This document shows positions 1-12,849 of a stretch of 64,000 nt of DNA, piece after piece. Where the stretch lies: positions 33,718,213 through 33,782,212 of the forward strand of contig OZ234493.1 of assembly GCA_965153455.1 (NCBI GenBank), given 5' to 3'. The notes under the pieces are model-generated. The model did not search any database, was not told where the DNA came from, and saw only the letters and a program-made list of their open reading frames with translations. Source of the stretch: Sphagnum compactum (Eukaryota). Each line of letters opens with the position of its first letter. Position 1 is the stretch's first letter. A program made the position numbers and the translations under genes.

Positions 1-2063
1 TAACCCTAAGCATTTCTAATAAACTTGAGGCATTTTAAACCCACAAAAGGCATATATTTGATTAGTCTATTAAATTTTGATCAATTTGCACATTGTCAAT
101 TGAGTTTCAAACACCTTAATGTACTTGATGAATGCCATGTACTTAATGATACCCTATTTCCATATGTGGATTATCATGCTTGTTGATTTTATTATTAGTG
201 TAAGGAAGTTTAACCTATGTTTGGTTGATTGGTACAACTTTAATCATTAGGTACTTCATCAAGTAATCCCTATCTTGTGGGTTTTTTAAGGAATATAGGG
301 ATGAAAAGGCTAGCATTGAGGTTGGGAGAGTTGAATTTGAAATGGCATGGCTATTAAACCCTATAAGTGCCCAACCTATGATATTTCTGTCACATTTGAA
401 GGAAATTGATGTGATGGCTAAGTGGGTGAAGGATGTCATTCAAACCCATCAAGGTGTTAGTACTTCCCTTATAGACACAAATCTTTTAATGCTTTCAACC
501 CTTCCAAGTTTCACTACATTAAGTTACAAAAAAATGAAGGCATACGAGAACCACTTTAGAGTGGGTGATGAACAAACTAATCTATTAGTTACATATGACT
601 TTGGTGTTGCATCTATTTTCCAATAATCACCAGGCAATGAGGATAATATGCTTGGTCAAATCCAATATGTTGGGACCTTGAACCAGATTTTGCAACTAGA
701 TTATGGTCCCATGTCTTCATGAATTATGTTATTTAGTGTAACTGGGTGAAGAATGGGACTGACAACAAAGGCAACCCCACTTATAAACGAGATGAAGCAG
801 GTTTTCTACTTACAATTTTCTATCATTTGCTGCATGAATTTAATGAACCCTTTGTTTTCCTTTCACAAGTTCAACAAGAGTTTTTTTGGAATGAGCCAAA
901 GATACCTTGGTGGAAAGTTGTACTTGGGAGGGAGCCTAGAAGTCAATGGGTTGTTGTACACACGTATGATGACTGCATTGAGATGGGCTAGAAGCTCTAA
1001 TAGACTTTCCAAATTTTAAAAAGTAGTAAGACATTGGTAGGTGCAATAGAATTGAATAGAGAAGACACTCTCTTGGTTGCTTAGGCCCTACATAGAAGCT
1101 TGGGGGTGGACAATGTGACATGATTTAAAATCTAGACATTTGTAAAAATCATTCTAGATTTTTTTATTACATTATTCATTTTAATTGTCATATTTGGACA
1201 ATTCAATTTAGATTGTAATGAAATTTCTTTGTTGCAACTATGTGGATATTGTAGCCTTTTTTGTGGTTTGTAGTTTTGTTATGTAAGTTTCCAATATTTA
1301 GTATTTAAATTAAACCTCTTATCTACAATGTATTTTCTTTTGTTTCTAGATCTTTTTGAAACATGAGTTTTTAAGTCCTAATTAATCAAAACCTTATTAT
1401 AATTAAGGCTTGTGATTGTTTGTAGCAATCCATGGCTAGTTGTCCACTTAGTGGATAATTATGTGGTAGCTAGGACACAAATATATGGTCAAACATATGT
1501 CATTGTCAAACCTTCCAAATGATAAGAAATATTTAATGGACTCATGTCAAGTAGCTAATCTTTATCCATGGTTTTGCCTATGCAAAAAACACCCATAATC
1601 AATAATAGCATGGTTCAAGAACCATGAATTGTAGTAAATAAAACTGATCGATAAATCTATTTAATTAATAATAATTCATTTTAAAAAGTAATGTGTTCTA
1701 GGTGGTTTAACATGGTTCTTTGTATATATGGCTGAGTATACTATTATAGTTGTAAAAACAAAGATAATAGTTACAAAAACAACTATGATATCATCCATGT
1801 ATGGATGTAATCAATATTGAATGACATAGGACTCCTTTCCATCTACATTTTCAACTAAAACCTGGGCAGTCGTAACCTATAGTCACATATAGGACTACCC
1901 ATTAGTTTTAACCCACTTGTAGTTGCACATGCAATTATACTAACTTGCAACTCCATAGACATGTAGGATTGCAATATTTGTTGTCACAAAATCAGTTTAT
2001 TTACACAATAGTTGCATAGCAGTCACAAACTTTTGGTTGAAATGGACAGGATTTCTTCTTGTG
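1..2063 (+). mobile_element. Degraded CACTA/En-Spm DNA transposon, 3' part (transposase C-terminal, DUF4216-like remnant at about 342-990)
   Basis: Broken ORFs 342-626 and 746-991 read AYENHFRV...YDFGVASIF and YKRDEAGFL...EPFVFLSQVQQEFFWNEPKIPWWKVVL, the pattern of CACTA transposase C-termini. TAGTTGCA/GTTGCAACTA subterminal repeats occur at 1231, 1920 and 2009. A degenerate TTTCTT..GTG end lies near 2063. Confidence 0.7.
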
Positions 2064-2187
2064 ATCGAAAAAATAATCTAGTGGAGTATCCATTTCCGGT
2101 ATCTCCCCTGCTGGAATTTCCTCTCCTTCTAACTAACGATATAATTGACTAGAGAAAGTTGTAGGGGTTTTAATACCTTTTGACATA

Positions 2188-3400
2188 TTAAGATTCAACT
2201 CTAGGGGAAGCCTTGCACCGAAAGTCTGTGCAAGTTAAATTGAACTTGGATTGTGTGTTTTCCCTTTCTTCTTTGAGCTTGATGCTTCTAGGGATCGATT
2301 TGTCAGAGTTCATTTTCTCGATGATGGTATCTGATTCTTGGGATGCAGTTGCCCCAAGTTCCATAACCACAAAGCTAGGAGAAGAGTTGGTGGCATTTTC
2401 GAGTTCAATCACTGTGAGATTTTTGATTGGTTGTTTGTCCCATCGAATTATTCAACATTGTCCATCTCCTCATCCAGAGCAATTAGTGCACACCAAGAAG
2501 GCATTCTCGAAACCCTAGTGGCTCGTGTGGCCCAAGTTTCTGGTGGAGACCTGGTAACACCTTCATCCTCCTCTTCGGAATTTTTTAGTATGAATGTTAG
2601 GTCTACTATAGACCAATTTTAAAGTAGGATGTTTATTACTTGAAAAACATGAATTTGGTGTTGTCTCTATTCACCCTAGGTTTTGTCAATGCAGACAAAT
2701 TTCGGAACCTACTATATAGGTTGTTGAACACCATAGTAACCTAGTTCACCTAAACTCCCTACTCAGCCAAAACCATCAAAGTCAATAATTGTTTGGCTAC
2801 ATAGGTAAGTTTATTACCCTTTAGCTAGATCACATGAGTTAAAGCCAAATAACTTGGCTACATACATCCCCTTGAAAAGAAAAACCTTCCATCCATCCTG
2901 ATTTAATAAGGTGTTTGATGGAACGATTTTCTGGTAGATGGTAACCTCCCTCTCTTTCTCTTTTTCCTTCTCCTTTTCCTTGGCCGATTTGGTTGGTATT
3001 TTGGTAATATCAGATTGGGGTAAATAGAACATCTCTACCATTGTCTTTTTGGTGATGAACACCAAAACGCCATGGACAACCCATTCAATGATGTATGGGT
3101 TGAAGGGAGTGATGACTTGCGCGAACTTTTTCATCAATGGTTGAATCGGATTAAATTGAATGCTAAGCAAACTGAAAATTCCAATGTGCTTCATCCACTC
3201 CACATCCTTTTCGGTGATCCATTGCTAGAACTTGTCCATTTCTGAAAAAATAATCTTTCATTTATCAAAAAAAATAACTACCATTTTTTTTTATTTTATC
3301 CTTTCATTATGATTTCAATGCAAGCTGTTAGCCTCCCGGTTCTAAATCTAAACTCTACTTCCTCTTCATCCTTTTTGCCATCTCCTTGCTGATGCTTCCT
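2188..3400 (-). mobile_element. Probable decayed transposon accessory ORF
   Basis: ORF 2814-3203 contains VHGVLVFITKKTMVEMFYLP, resembling the 'G..v.it...i...f.LP' motif of plant transposon-associated proteins. The neighbouring pieces are frameshifted and acidic/low-complexity. Confidence 0.3.
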
Positions 3401-6400
3401 CCTTTCATGGTAAAACAAAATTGATGTAGATTTTGGCAGGAATAATAATGTGCAAAAAAAAAAGACGAGACTGGATGAATAATTTTTTTTTAATATTGAA
3501 CGAGTCCTCAAGAGGTACCCTAAACCTGGTGTTGGTTGATAGAACCAATTCATGGATGAACCCTTTTTGTCCTTCCTAAATCAATCTAAGACTTTGTCTT
3601 TTAATAAATAAAAAAAGTTCAAGGACTCATAATGAATGTCTAAAAAAAATATTTGGCCCAAGATTCTTACCACAAACACTTTGCTTGTACTAACGTATAT
3701 AAATTGTATGAATGTGACAAAAACCAAGTGCCCTATTATAATGCAAAATAATTTTAAAAGTGAAATTTTTGGAAATTTTGGGTTGTTGATAGAACATGGC
3801 CCACATTGGATAAATTTTAAAATTCTTACTCTCATAAGTGAAAACAATAGATATTCTAGATGCTTATATAAAATTTGGAACAAAATTATTTCATTTGACA
3901 TGAAAAGAAAAAGGAAAATTTAAAATAGGTCATAGGAAAAGTGAAAAAAAGGTGAATTTGAGTCTTTAGAAATGAGTCCTTAATGTACCTAAAGAGGTAT
4001 GGGTGTATGCACTTTGTGGCTAATTTTTGGCGGATGTTCCACTTTTTAAAAGTCCATATGGTAGTGTTAAAATGATAGTATATTTTGATGTCATTAATTT
4101 CGTGGGGAATTACATGGTGGTTAATGAAATAAAATGACCATATGAATAATAACCATTTTAAATAATTATTTAATTTACATGTTAAAATCCACCCAAAAAT
4201 GATTATGATATGGACTTATGAAAATATTGTTCATTTTAATATGGAAAAATCATGTTTGTTACAAGTTATCTATGTAGTTGTAATCTAGTTCTATCAAACA
4301 TTTTCTAGTTGCAATTTGGTTCTACTAGACACCTTCTAGTTGTGATGAACATAGTTTTTTATAGTGTTTTAGGCCATTCAAAAGTCCATAACTTTTTTGG
4401 GTTAAAATTTTTCTAGCAATTGTTTTGCACATATGTCTTTTTGTTTTAACACATCATATATTAAGTCCATATAATATGTCTCAAATAAAATTTATACACA
4501 AAACTGCATGTATATAAAGGCAGAAATAGTAAATTAATCCATATTTTTCAACTTCAAAAGTTCATTACTATTTGGTGTATATATGTTGCAATTTTTTTTA
4601 TAGGTGTCTTTTTCTTCAAGTTGAAAATTTAAATCTAATCACAAATTTGGAAAATCATTATTTTTACAACATGTTAATAACATAAAAATGCAAACCATTC
4701 TGCAAAAAATTAGATTGTGATACAAAAAGTGAGCCAACATACCTTGCAACCACTTGTACCCCAATCATGTTTTGGAAACATTAATTAAATAAAATAATGA
4801 TATTGAAAAATACATATGCAAAAATTTCATTATAAAATCATCTAATTAAATATATAATGTGTGATATGCGAAAAAACGGGTGTTTGTACATTTTGTGTAA
4901 AAATTTATATCATTGCATGAGGTGATGATGGAATGGTAAAGGCCTTGGGTTGTGCCGAGGGGTGGTTTTAAACCCCATTTTGGACATGTTGTGTTTGTGA
5001 CATCATGACAATAAGAGTCGAACCAAAAAAAAAAAAAAAACCTTGTTTTCTAACAATGTAATTGTGAGTCTAATACAACTTTCAATTTATCCATAGTTCA
5101 ATTTGGAAAAAAAAACTTATTAAAAATTATTTATTCAATAGTATATTAGTAAAATTTTAATTAAATTAATATTGCCACATCAATTAGTAGTTTTAATCAT
5201 CTTAGTCACTTTAGACAATAAAAAAAGTAGTTAATATTTTAGCATAAATGATTAGTTTGATCTAATTGAAAACAACTTTGTCCCTTATTTTTTTGATGAA
5301 AATTTTAATAATAAAAACCAATATGAAAATACACAGTTGTAATAATGTACTTAAGGGGTTAGCCAGGGATTTCTTAAGTTAAGGGATACCCATAGCATTA
5401 GGAACTGCAAGCAAGTGTCTAATGACTCTGCACCATATGACACCTTCAAACTTCAGGACACATGTTTTTGAACAGCTAAAAGTAGGAATTGTTTGACATA
5501 GGACTCTGTGTGAGGATCCATGTAGGACAGGGTTCTGAAGTTACCCAGAATTAATGGACTCACAGTTCACATCGACACCTGGTGGAAAATCCTCGAAATG
5601 TGGGACCAAATGAAAACTACGTGCACTGTACAAATATCCCTAGCCAGCTCTCCCTTAGAGGCAGGCAGTTCCACAACTAAAAATGAGATACTTTTGGGTT
5701 CTTGCTGGGACCCCGTGCCTGCGCGTGCCCCTAACAAATTAGCGGGAAAAAATATAGCTGAACTCATATTTATGTTCCACCAATTCCACGTCCGCGTGCA
5801 CGTTTTCATCCCAAATCAACGAGCACTGGGAGCACTGAGCAAGTTCACCTGCGAGCAGTTCACGTGTGCATGTTGTGGGCTGCTGTTGGTGTATTGGTCA
5901 AATCATGACCATTTTGGAAGAGAGTTCCAGTGTTTTCTTTTGCCTGGCACAAATTTTGTCTTTTTCATAGAAAAAAAACAGGGAAAGTTTTTAGATTTGC
6001 CGTTTCCCTTTCTAGTTTAAAAAATGGTTAATGTCTGTTTTTTGGAGAAGAATGGAAAAAAGAATTAGACATCCAATTTTTTTAAACAAAATCCTGTCTA
6101 CAACTGTATATAAATAATTACATGCAACAATTGATTTTTTCTCAGATAAGTGCCAAAACAGGGATGCCATGCAGTGTACGTGTACATCAGCATTATTGAT
6201 ATAAACTTAGGGAGTGCCCTTAACTAGCAACAAAGCAGTAGAAGTTAGTTTGATACCAGAATTCGGTTCCTGATTAAAGGCTGGCGGTGTCAAATCTGGC
6301 GATTCTGATGAAGTCATGCGCCCAAAGCCAGTACTGTTGGTGTCGGTAAGGAAACGAATTTAATAAAGAATGCACTTACGAGGGTAGTCACTGTTGGAGG

Positions 6401-8320
6401 AAGCCAGCCAGCCAGCCACGCGTGAAACCAGCGGCTGTTATCACAAATGATTGATTATCTAGAAATTATGCCCCTAATGAATCTCTGCGAATTTACCTCT
6501 AGATTGACCATTGCCGACAAATGTACTGAGAGAGAATCCTTTAGTAGTATGATCTACTTCATAATTAGAGGATACGTGTACGCCGCCGTAGTTGATCATA
6601 ATTAGCTCCGTGTACGGCGCCAATCGTTGATTGGCGGCAGTAATGGAGCTGTCCATTTCTCATCTCGTATCCGCTCGCTTTTGAACTCCTTATTAGAGGA
6701 CTTTATCACGAGACCACATTTGGACGTAATCCACTGCATCTCGTAAGTAAAACTTGCGTTTTCAATAAAACTTTTTCAAATCTCTTAAGAAAAGTATTTT
6801 AAAAATGTTCTTGAACCCCTTCGATTTTATAAATTACACAGCCCTCTGCAAATATATATGCTCCTCCAAAACTATTTGCGCTCATCATGCATAGTGTCAA
6901 CCGCAACAATACAGCTAGTTCATATTTTCGCGATGACGGAGTTGAGTATCGAATAAATGACCATATAATCAGTTTTTGCCTTTTCGAATCACATGTATAA
7001 ACTTAAAGGTAAACAACTTGCCAACTGTCTGAAAATCAGCTATCAGCTGTCTGGAGTAATCACCAATTTGTGCGTAGTTAACTTTTTCTTAGTGAACTAT
7101 GAAGTGATCATTTTAGTAGTCCACTAAAAGTTGCTTTTTTAAGATCATCAGTCCACTGCCAAATTTGTTGATGATTGCAGCGCTCACGTTGGTCGTACGT
7201 GCCCTTATAAATCTACAGCTAAGACATGCAGCTAAGGCATGCAGGAAATGAACGTCGCTCCTGGCTTTTGAACAGTAGTACGTACACTAAGTCTATCGTC
7301 TTCCTCTGGAACGTCAGCAACACTAGTTGACACTCTAATCTTTACTTTCATTAACTAGTGTCTAATTCATCGCTCTTCTAGATCTCACATGACAAAAGTC
7401 CAGGAGCAATGAAATGTGTGTACTTCATCTTTTTAGATCTCATTTGATAAGAGTCCAAGTGCAACGAAATCAGGCCGTAACTGTGCAATTCCTTGAAGCG
7501 GTAAATTTTCCGTGATAAAATCTGCTTCGTAATTTCCGCACAAGAACAATATCTTGTAAAGAAGTTGTATATCAAGTCAGAGACATCTACACATCCTACG
7601 CTAGTCATAAAACATGCTCTTAGCTGTTGCCAAGAGTTATACAGATTAATAGAAGCACTTTTTATTCCTGAATACCATCTAGTGTGCATTACAAAATTTT
7701 AGCAAGCTAGTGCAACGCAACCACATTAATCCAGAATAAACCTTATTATGATCCATCTTAGCGTCTTCCTATAAACGAGTTTCATGACCATGTATCAGGC
7801 CAATCCGCTTACAATGAACGTCTTAGGCTGATACTGACATCAAAATGGTTCAGCCTATATGGTGAACTAGCATATATCATTCGCGCTAATTGAACTACTT
7901 CAAAGCCGGCTGTGAAGATTATGTGTATAAGAGTTTTTCAAAATCCATCATCTCGCTAAATTCGAGAGAAGCTGCAGTATTGATCAGCTGTCTTGGAAAC
8001 ACAGCTGATTATAGGACACGTGCTGCGATTGTCAGGAGTTTTTTTTTTCTTGGTTCCGGAATGTTCTCAATCTATCTTCGGAGAGAATCTTTGAATGTGG
8101 CGATCTGTCATCCTAGTCTGAAACAATAGAAACTGTAGCTGATTCAGAATGGAAACAGATTGACCCACTAGAGCAGGAATAGAACTTGGAACTGAGCAAT
8201 ACTTTGAAGGTGCAGTCCGATCCTGCAGTTGCACCCTGCAGTATGTGAGACATTTTGAAATTGTTGTCAGTTATGTCAACCAGGATTTTCTTGTCGGCAC
8301 CATGACGAGCTGCTCAGGGT

Positions 8321-11300
8321 CTAATCCTTCGGACGAAGGTATGGACGAAACGCACTGGAGACTCGACCTCCAATGAACACACCACCAGGAGCTTGGTCAA
8401 CGCGTGCAGTTGCTGCCGGGTTAATTGGCAGTTCATCAGCAACTGGTGCAGCAGCAATTTTTCGAGCAGCAACAATTACTGGACGAGAGGGGAGCACTGG
8501 GTCATCGGCCTGGTCATACGATGGCAGGATTATGGGCGCTGGATTGAAAAGTACACAGTCCGGAGTCGGCTCCACATCCTGCAAGTCGACTTCCTGCTGC
8601 TCCCAGCTCATGGTTACTGGGGTTTCATGTTGGTCATCACCATCATTAGCTCCTGGGAGCTGGACATACTGATCAGTTGCAGTACCTCCCGGAGCTGATG
8701 CAACCTCTGTGTTGTTGGTGCCAGTCTCCAACATAGTGGCATCGTCCTGAATGCATTAACCAAACAATCACCTTTCTAGAACCTCTCCTGGACTTACATA
8801 GGATTCAATTGCAAACTGAACCCACAATGTAAGCCTGCCAGAAAGCCATCAGTCCTCTTGGGATCATACATTGTCTTGAAGAAATTGCTTTACATGGACC
8901 AAGGAGCATCCCTTTGAAGTTTGGAGGCTAAAAGAGAATGACATAAAGCATGAATTTACCACATGCTGTAATGTCTGCTCATTTTCTGCCGCAGCAGTGG
9001 CTCCTGCTGGAACGACGTCCTTCTTCTTGCGAGGAGTATAGGGCTTTCTGGGGCGTTTAGCGGCAGCTCCTTCAGCGGTGGCCTTCTTCTTGCGAGGAGT
9101 ATATGGCTTCTTGGGGGCCTTCTGTTTGCCCCGTCTCCTGGTCACGGGTTTCTGAGCGGAAGGTACTGGAAGTCCAGCATCTGGAACATACCAAGACAAA
9201 GACAAATCTTTCTGATACTGTCTTTTGATGGGGAATTAGGGAAAGTTTAAAGGACTGTAGCTGCTATACTTAACCGAAGAATCATAGCTGTATCAGTGGT
9301 CGACGGTGTTGGAGGTCAGTCAGGCTGCAGAGAATTGGTGGATCATATATGTGGTGGAAGGCACTTACCAATGGCAGCTTGCTGTGCAGTGGTTGGCAGA
9401 GATCGTACAACAGATGTGTCTTTGATCAATCGAGCCATGTCCTTGTTGTTTTCTTGCACAGCTTTGTCGTAGACGGCTCTGCAATCAACCATCACTTAGG
9501 GCAACAATCAGTGATCTACATGTATGCAATTTCTCTTGGATAATTCTAGGCTTATGTGTAAGTGTTTTTGATTGTTGTTCCTATCTCTCTGCAGTTTTAA
9601 ACGCAGGCTTGCAGAATTCATACAGGCTGCAACGATCACAGCACGTGATAAGAAGGTCGAGAAGAGGACCCGAAGCAGCTAGGGGTTCGATGAGAACAAA
9701 GATGATAAGAAAGGAAAAACAGAACTTGATTGATCAAGTTGTATGTAAAGAGCTGCAGGAACTCATGCATGATTTCGGTACCTGGCTGCTTCTTCCTCGG
9801 TGTTGTATGAGCCCAAGAGTTCACCCACCGGACTGCCGAAACAAACATTAAGATCAGCAACAAGAAGTAGTTCGAGTCAATGCCTATCATATTCAGTTTG
9901 TTAGGAAGTACTTGTGGTCATGAGTTTGATCTTCTCTCCATCAGAGGCAGCTAGGTCACAGAGATTCAACAGTTCTAAGTTTCTGGCATGCAACCTAGAG
10001 TTATTCCAGACACAACTATATGTTTGTTTCTTCGACTAGTCATGCGTTCAGTTGCACAAGATTGATCACCATTGCACAATGCAGATTGCAGCTGTCTACT
10101 AACAAGAGTTCACGACATTCATGACCATCCACAGCAATGTCGATGGGGGAGATAAGGTGTGTGTAGCATATGGTGAAAGATAGATTCATTGATGCATATT
10201 GCATGGCATGTGTGTACCTCCTCCTCTTCCAGTTCTCCCTGTAGGTAGCCTCGAATTTCCCACCTTTGATCTTCCTCACACAAGGGTATGTGGAGACAGC
10301 ACCAGGTCCCTTGCTGTCTCGGCGAAGGAAAAGAGCCATTTGGTCCTTGGTGAGTAGCTTCAGCTGCACAATACAAATCCCACGCAATGAATGAATGAAT
10401 TCAATCTGTGCTTTGCAGATGGATCCCTCCATACAACATCATGTCATTCATGTTGTAGCTTAGATGTCACATCCCATGATCCAACAACATGCGTATAAGC
10501 CAGTACTGAAATATCAAAGGATCGAGACTTCTAGCTAGGACCCTGCAAGCAGGATAGAGAGATATCAAGGAAGAAATCTCATGAAGAACATCAGAAACTG
10601 CCAGCTGCAAGCTTTCTGTGGTACCAAACCTGCATTGCAGCTTACCCTTCTGACATCATCTTGGTATTGTTGAGAAGGCTTGAAGTTGATCCGATCCTGG
10701 AACCCCTCGCCTCTCAGTACAAGGGCTGCTTTGTCGTAAGCCCTGGAATAAAATATTACAACACCACAGATGATCCATGAGCTGTGCTGTGCTGCAATAT
10801 AATAAGTTTGCAATGCTAGCAACTTCTTCAACATTCTTAGTGTTGTTCTGTATGGTGAAGCAGGGCAATTCACAATCCAGCAGCTGCAGCTGGTTACTAC
10901 TGCATGAAGGACTGCTGTTTGAATGTATGGAAAAGTAGCTAGCTCAAGAAGCAAAATAACACTCCAACGGTTAGGTTTCGAAGATAGATCTCGATTATCT
11001 AGATCTGTTGTACCTTGCAGCTTCTTCCTTAGTGGATGATGCACCTGCATCCAAGATCAACAAGCAAATGCAAACAGAATCAGATGGACACATAATGAGG
11101 AGCAGCAAAATGACATCGTCTACCATCAAAAGAGCAGCAGCAGCTCGTAATGCGAGCTTCCTGATCGATCTTGGCATGAAGTAAGAGCAACTTACCGAGA
11201 TAGAGTTGTCTATGCGGCTCGACATCATCAGCCCTGCACAGCATGCCACCGAAAAACATACATGTCGCATCATGACACGGCTTACAGTAGAAGATCCAGA

Positions 11301-12849
11301 CCTTGTCGCATGAAACAAATGTGAAGGGCAGAGAGGACCAGCAGGAGCTCGGAGGTACTTACCAGATGTGGGCTTCCCATCGACCAGTGCGTCGGTAATG
11401 CGTTATACCCAGAAACTCAGAGCTCTTGGAAGGTGGTCCACGACGATATGAAGCTCTTTGCTTTTTTCTCGCGGGTGGAGCTGATGCAGGGTCGTCGACA
11501 ACATCCGTCGTGATGCCAGCAGCAGCAGCTGAGGGTACTACTACTGTAGGATCATGATCAGCGACCTCTGGATTGCACGGAACAGAGTTGCAGGGATCAG
11601 TCACAGCTCCTGCAGCTTTGGACTTTCTATGCTTCCTCTTCTTCTTCTCAACAGCGGCAACAGGATGCTGGACATCTGCAACGGTCGTTGCAGCTGCTGC
11701 TGCATCGTGAGATGGAGCCGTGGTGATTGCAGCTGCTGCATCAATGACGACCTTGGACTTTCGCTTCGCGCGCGTCTTCTTCTCAGCGGGAACAGACTGC
11801 TGCAGGACTGCTGCAACAGTGGTTGAAGCTGCTGCTGGTGATTCAACCTCTGCAGCTTGCGCGTCAACGACGTCGTCGTTGGCGGGGGTATCACTTTCAC
11901 TGCCATGGTCATGCAACTGCAGCTGCTGAAAAAAGGCAGCTACACTACCGTCGTGACCACCATCGCTCCCTTCTTCCACGACACTCGACAGGGGGGGCTC
12001 ATGATGAGCGACATCTTCAATATCCTGGCGACCTCCATCCCCCGTCCCTAGCACCATCGACAGCTGGTCAGGGTACTCACGATTGTAGCTGCGGACTCGA
12101 CCGCCATCATCGTGGACAGGCATCATCGATCTCTTTTGGAAACATTCTTCGCACATGCATAAACACATCCCCTCCTGAGCACAAATCTCACACATGCATC
12201 TTCTTGGAGCGTGGACATGATCAGCGTCTTCCAGTGCTGTGGTACCCATATGGACGTCGCTACCTTCGTCGTCATCGTCACTGTTTGTCACGTCGGCTGA
12301 CTGCATCGCATCTACGTCGTCAGTAACACATTCGCTGGCGTTCACGCTTTCCGAAGATGGCTGCTGGACAGTCTCATAAGAGATCATGATGCCATCTTCG
12401 GAAGCAGCAACGCCTGCTGGCTGCCCATGATAATGAGGGACTGGAAAGGCGAAGCCGGGGTTCTTGGGACTCCAACCATATGCTGGCCATGATGCTACCT
12501 CGGACATCATGATGTCTGTCTGGAACGGAGCTGGAGCACTGGCATTCTCATGAGTTGCAGCTGCAGGATGTTCTTGCAGCTGAATTCCTCGCAGATCCAA
12601 TGTCGAGCCAGGCGAGGAGCCGAAAGCGCTTCGAAAGCGTTCAACAGTCTCAACATAGACGGGTATCTGCCCGAAGTAGAGCAAAGCCGGCACTACGTAG
12701 ACTGGGACGGTCGTCCACTCATCAGCTTGATCAGGGGCTGCAGCAGCTGCAGAGGCTGCCTGCTGCTGCACCCGACTCTGGTCCTCGACCACTCGGTCTT
12801 GCTGCATCCCACTGTCGACTTTCGGAACCATGTTGAGATCTAAGTTCAT
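8321..12849 (-). CDS. AP2-like: Divergent double-AP2-domain transcription factor (euAP2/APETALA2-like), about 868 aa, 9 coding exons
   Basis: Exons on the minus strand: 12849-11363, 11233-11196, 11044-11014, 10742-10646, 10363-10218, 9832-9782, 9478-9369, 9180-8960, 8746-8321. All introns are GT-AG with consistent phases, total 2607 nt. N-terminal MNLDLN (EAR-like). R1 reads [62 protein letters not shown]...INF. Linker is LTKDQMALFLRRDSKG. R2 reads STYPCVRKIKGGKFEATY...LLGSYNTEEEAARAVYDKAV. Intron positions match the classic euAP2 micro-exon layout. Confidence 0.88.
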
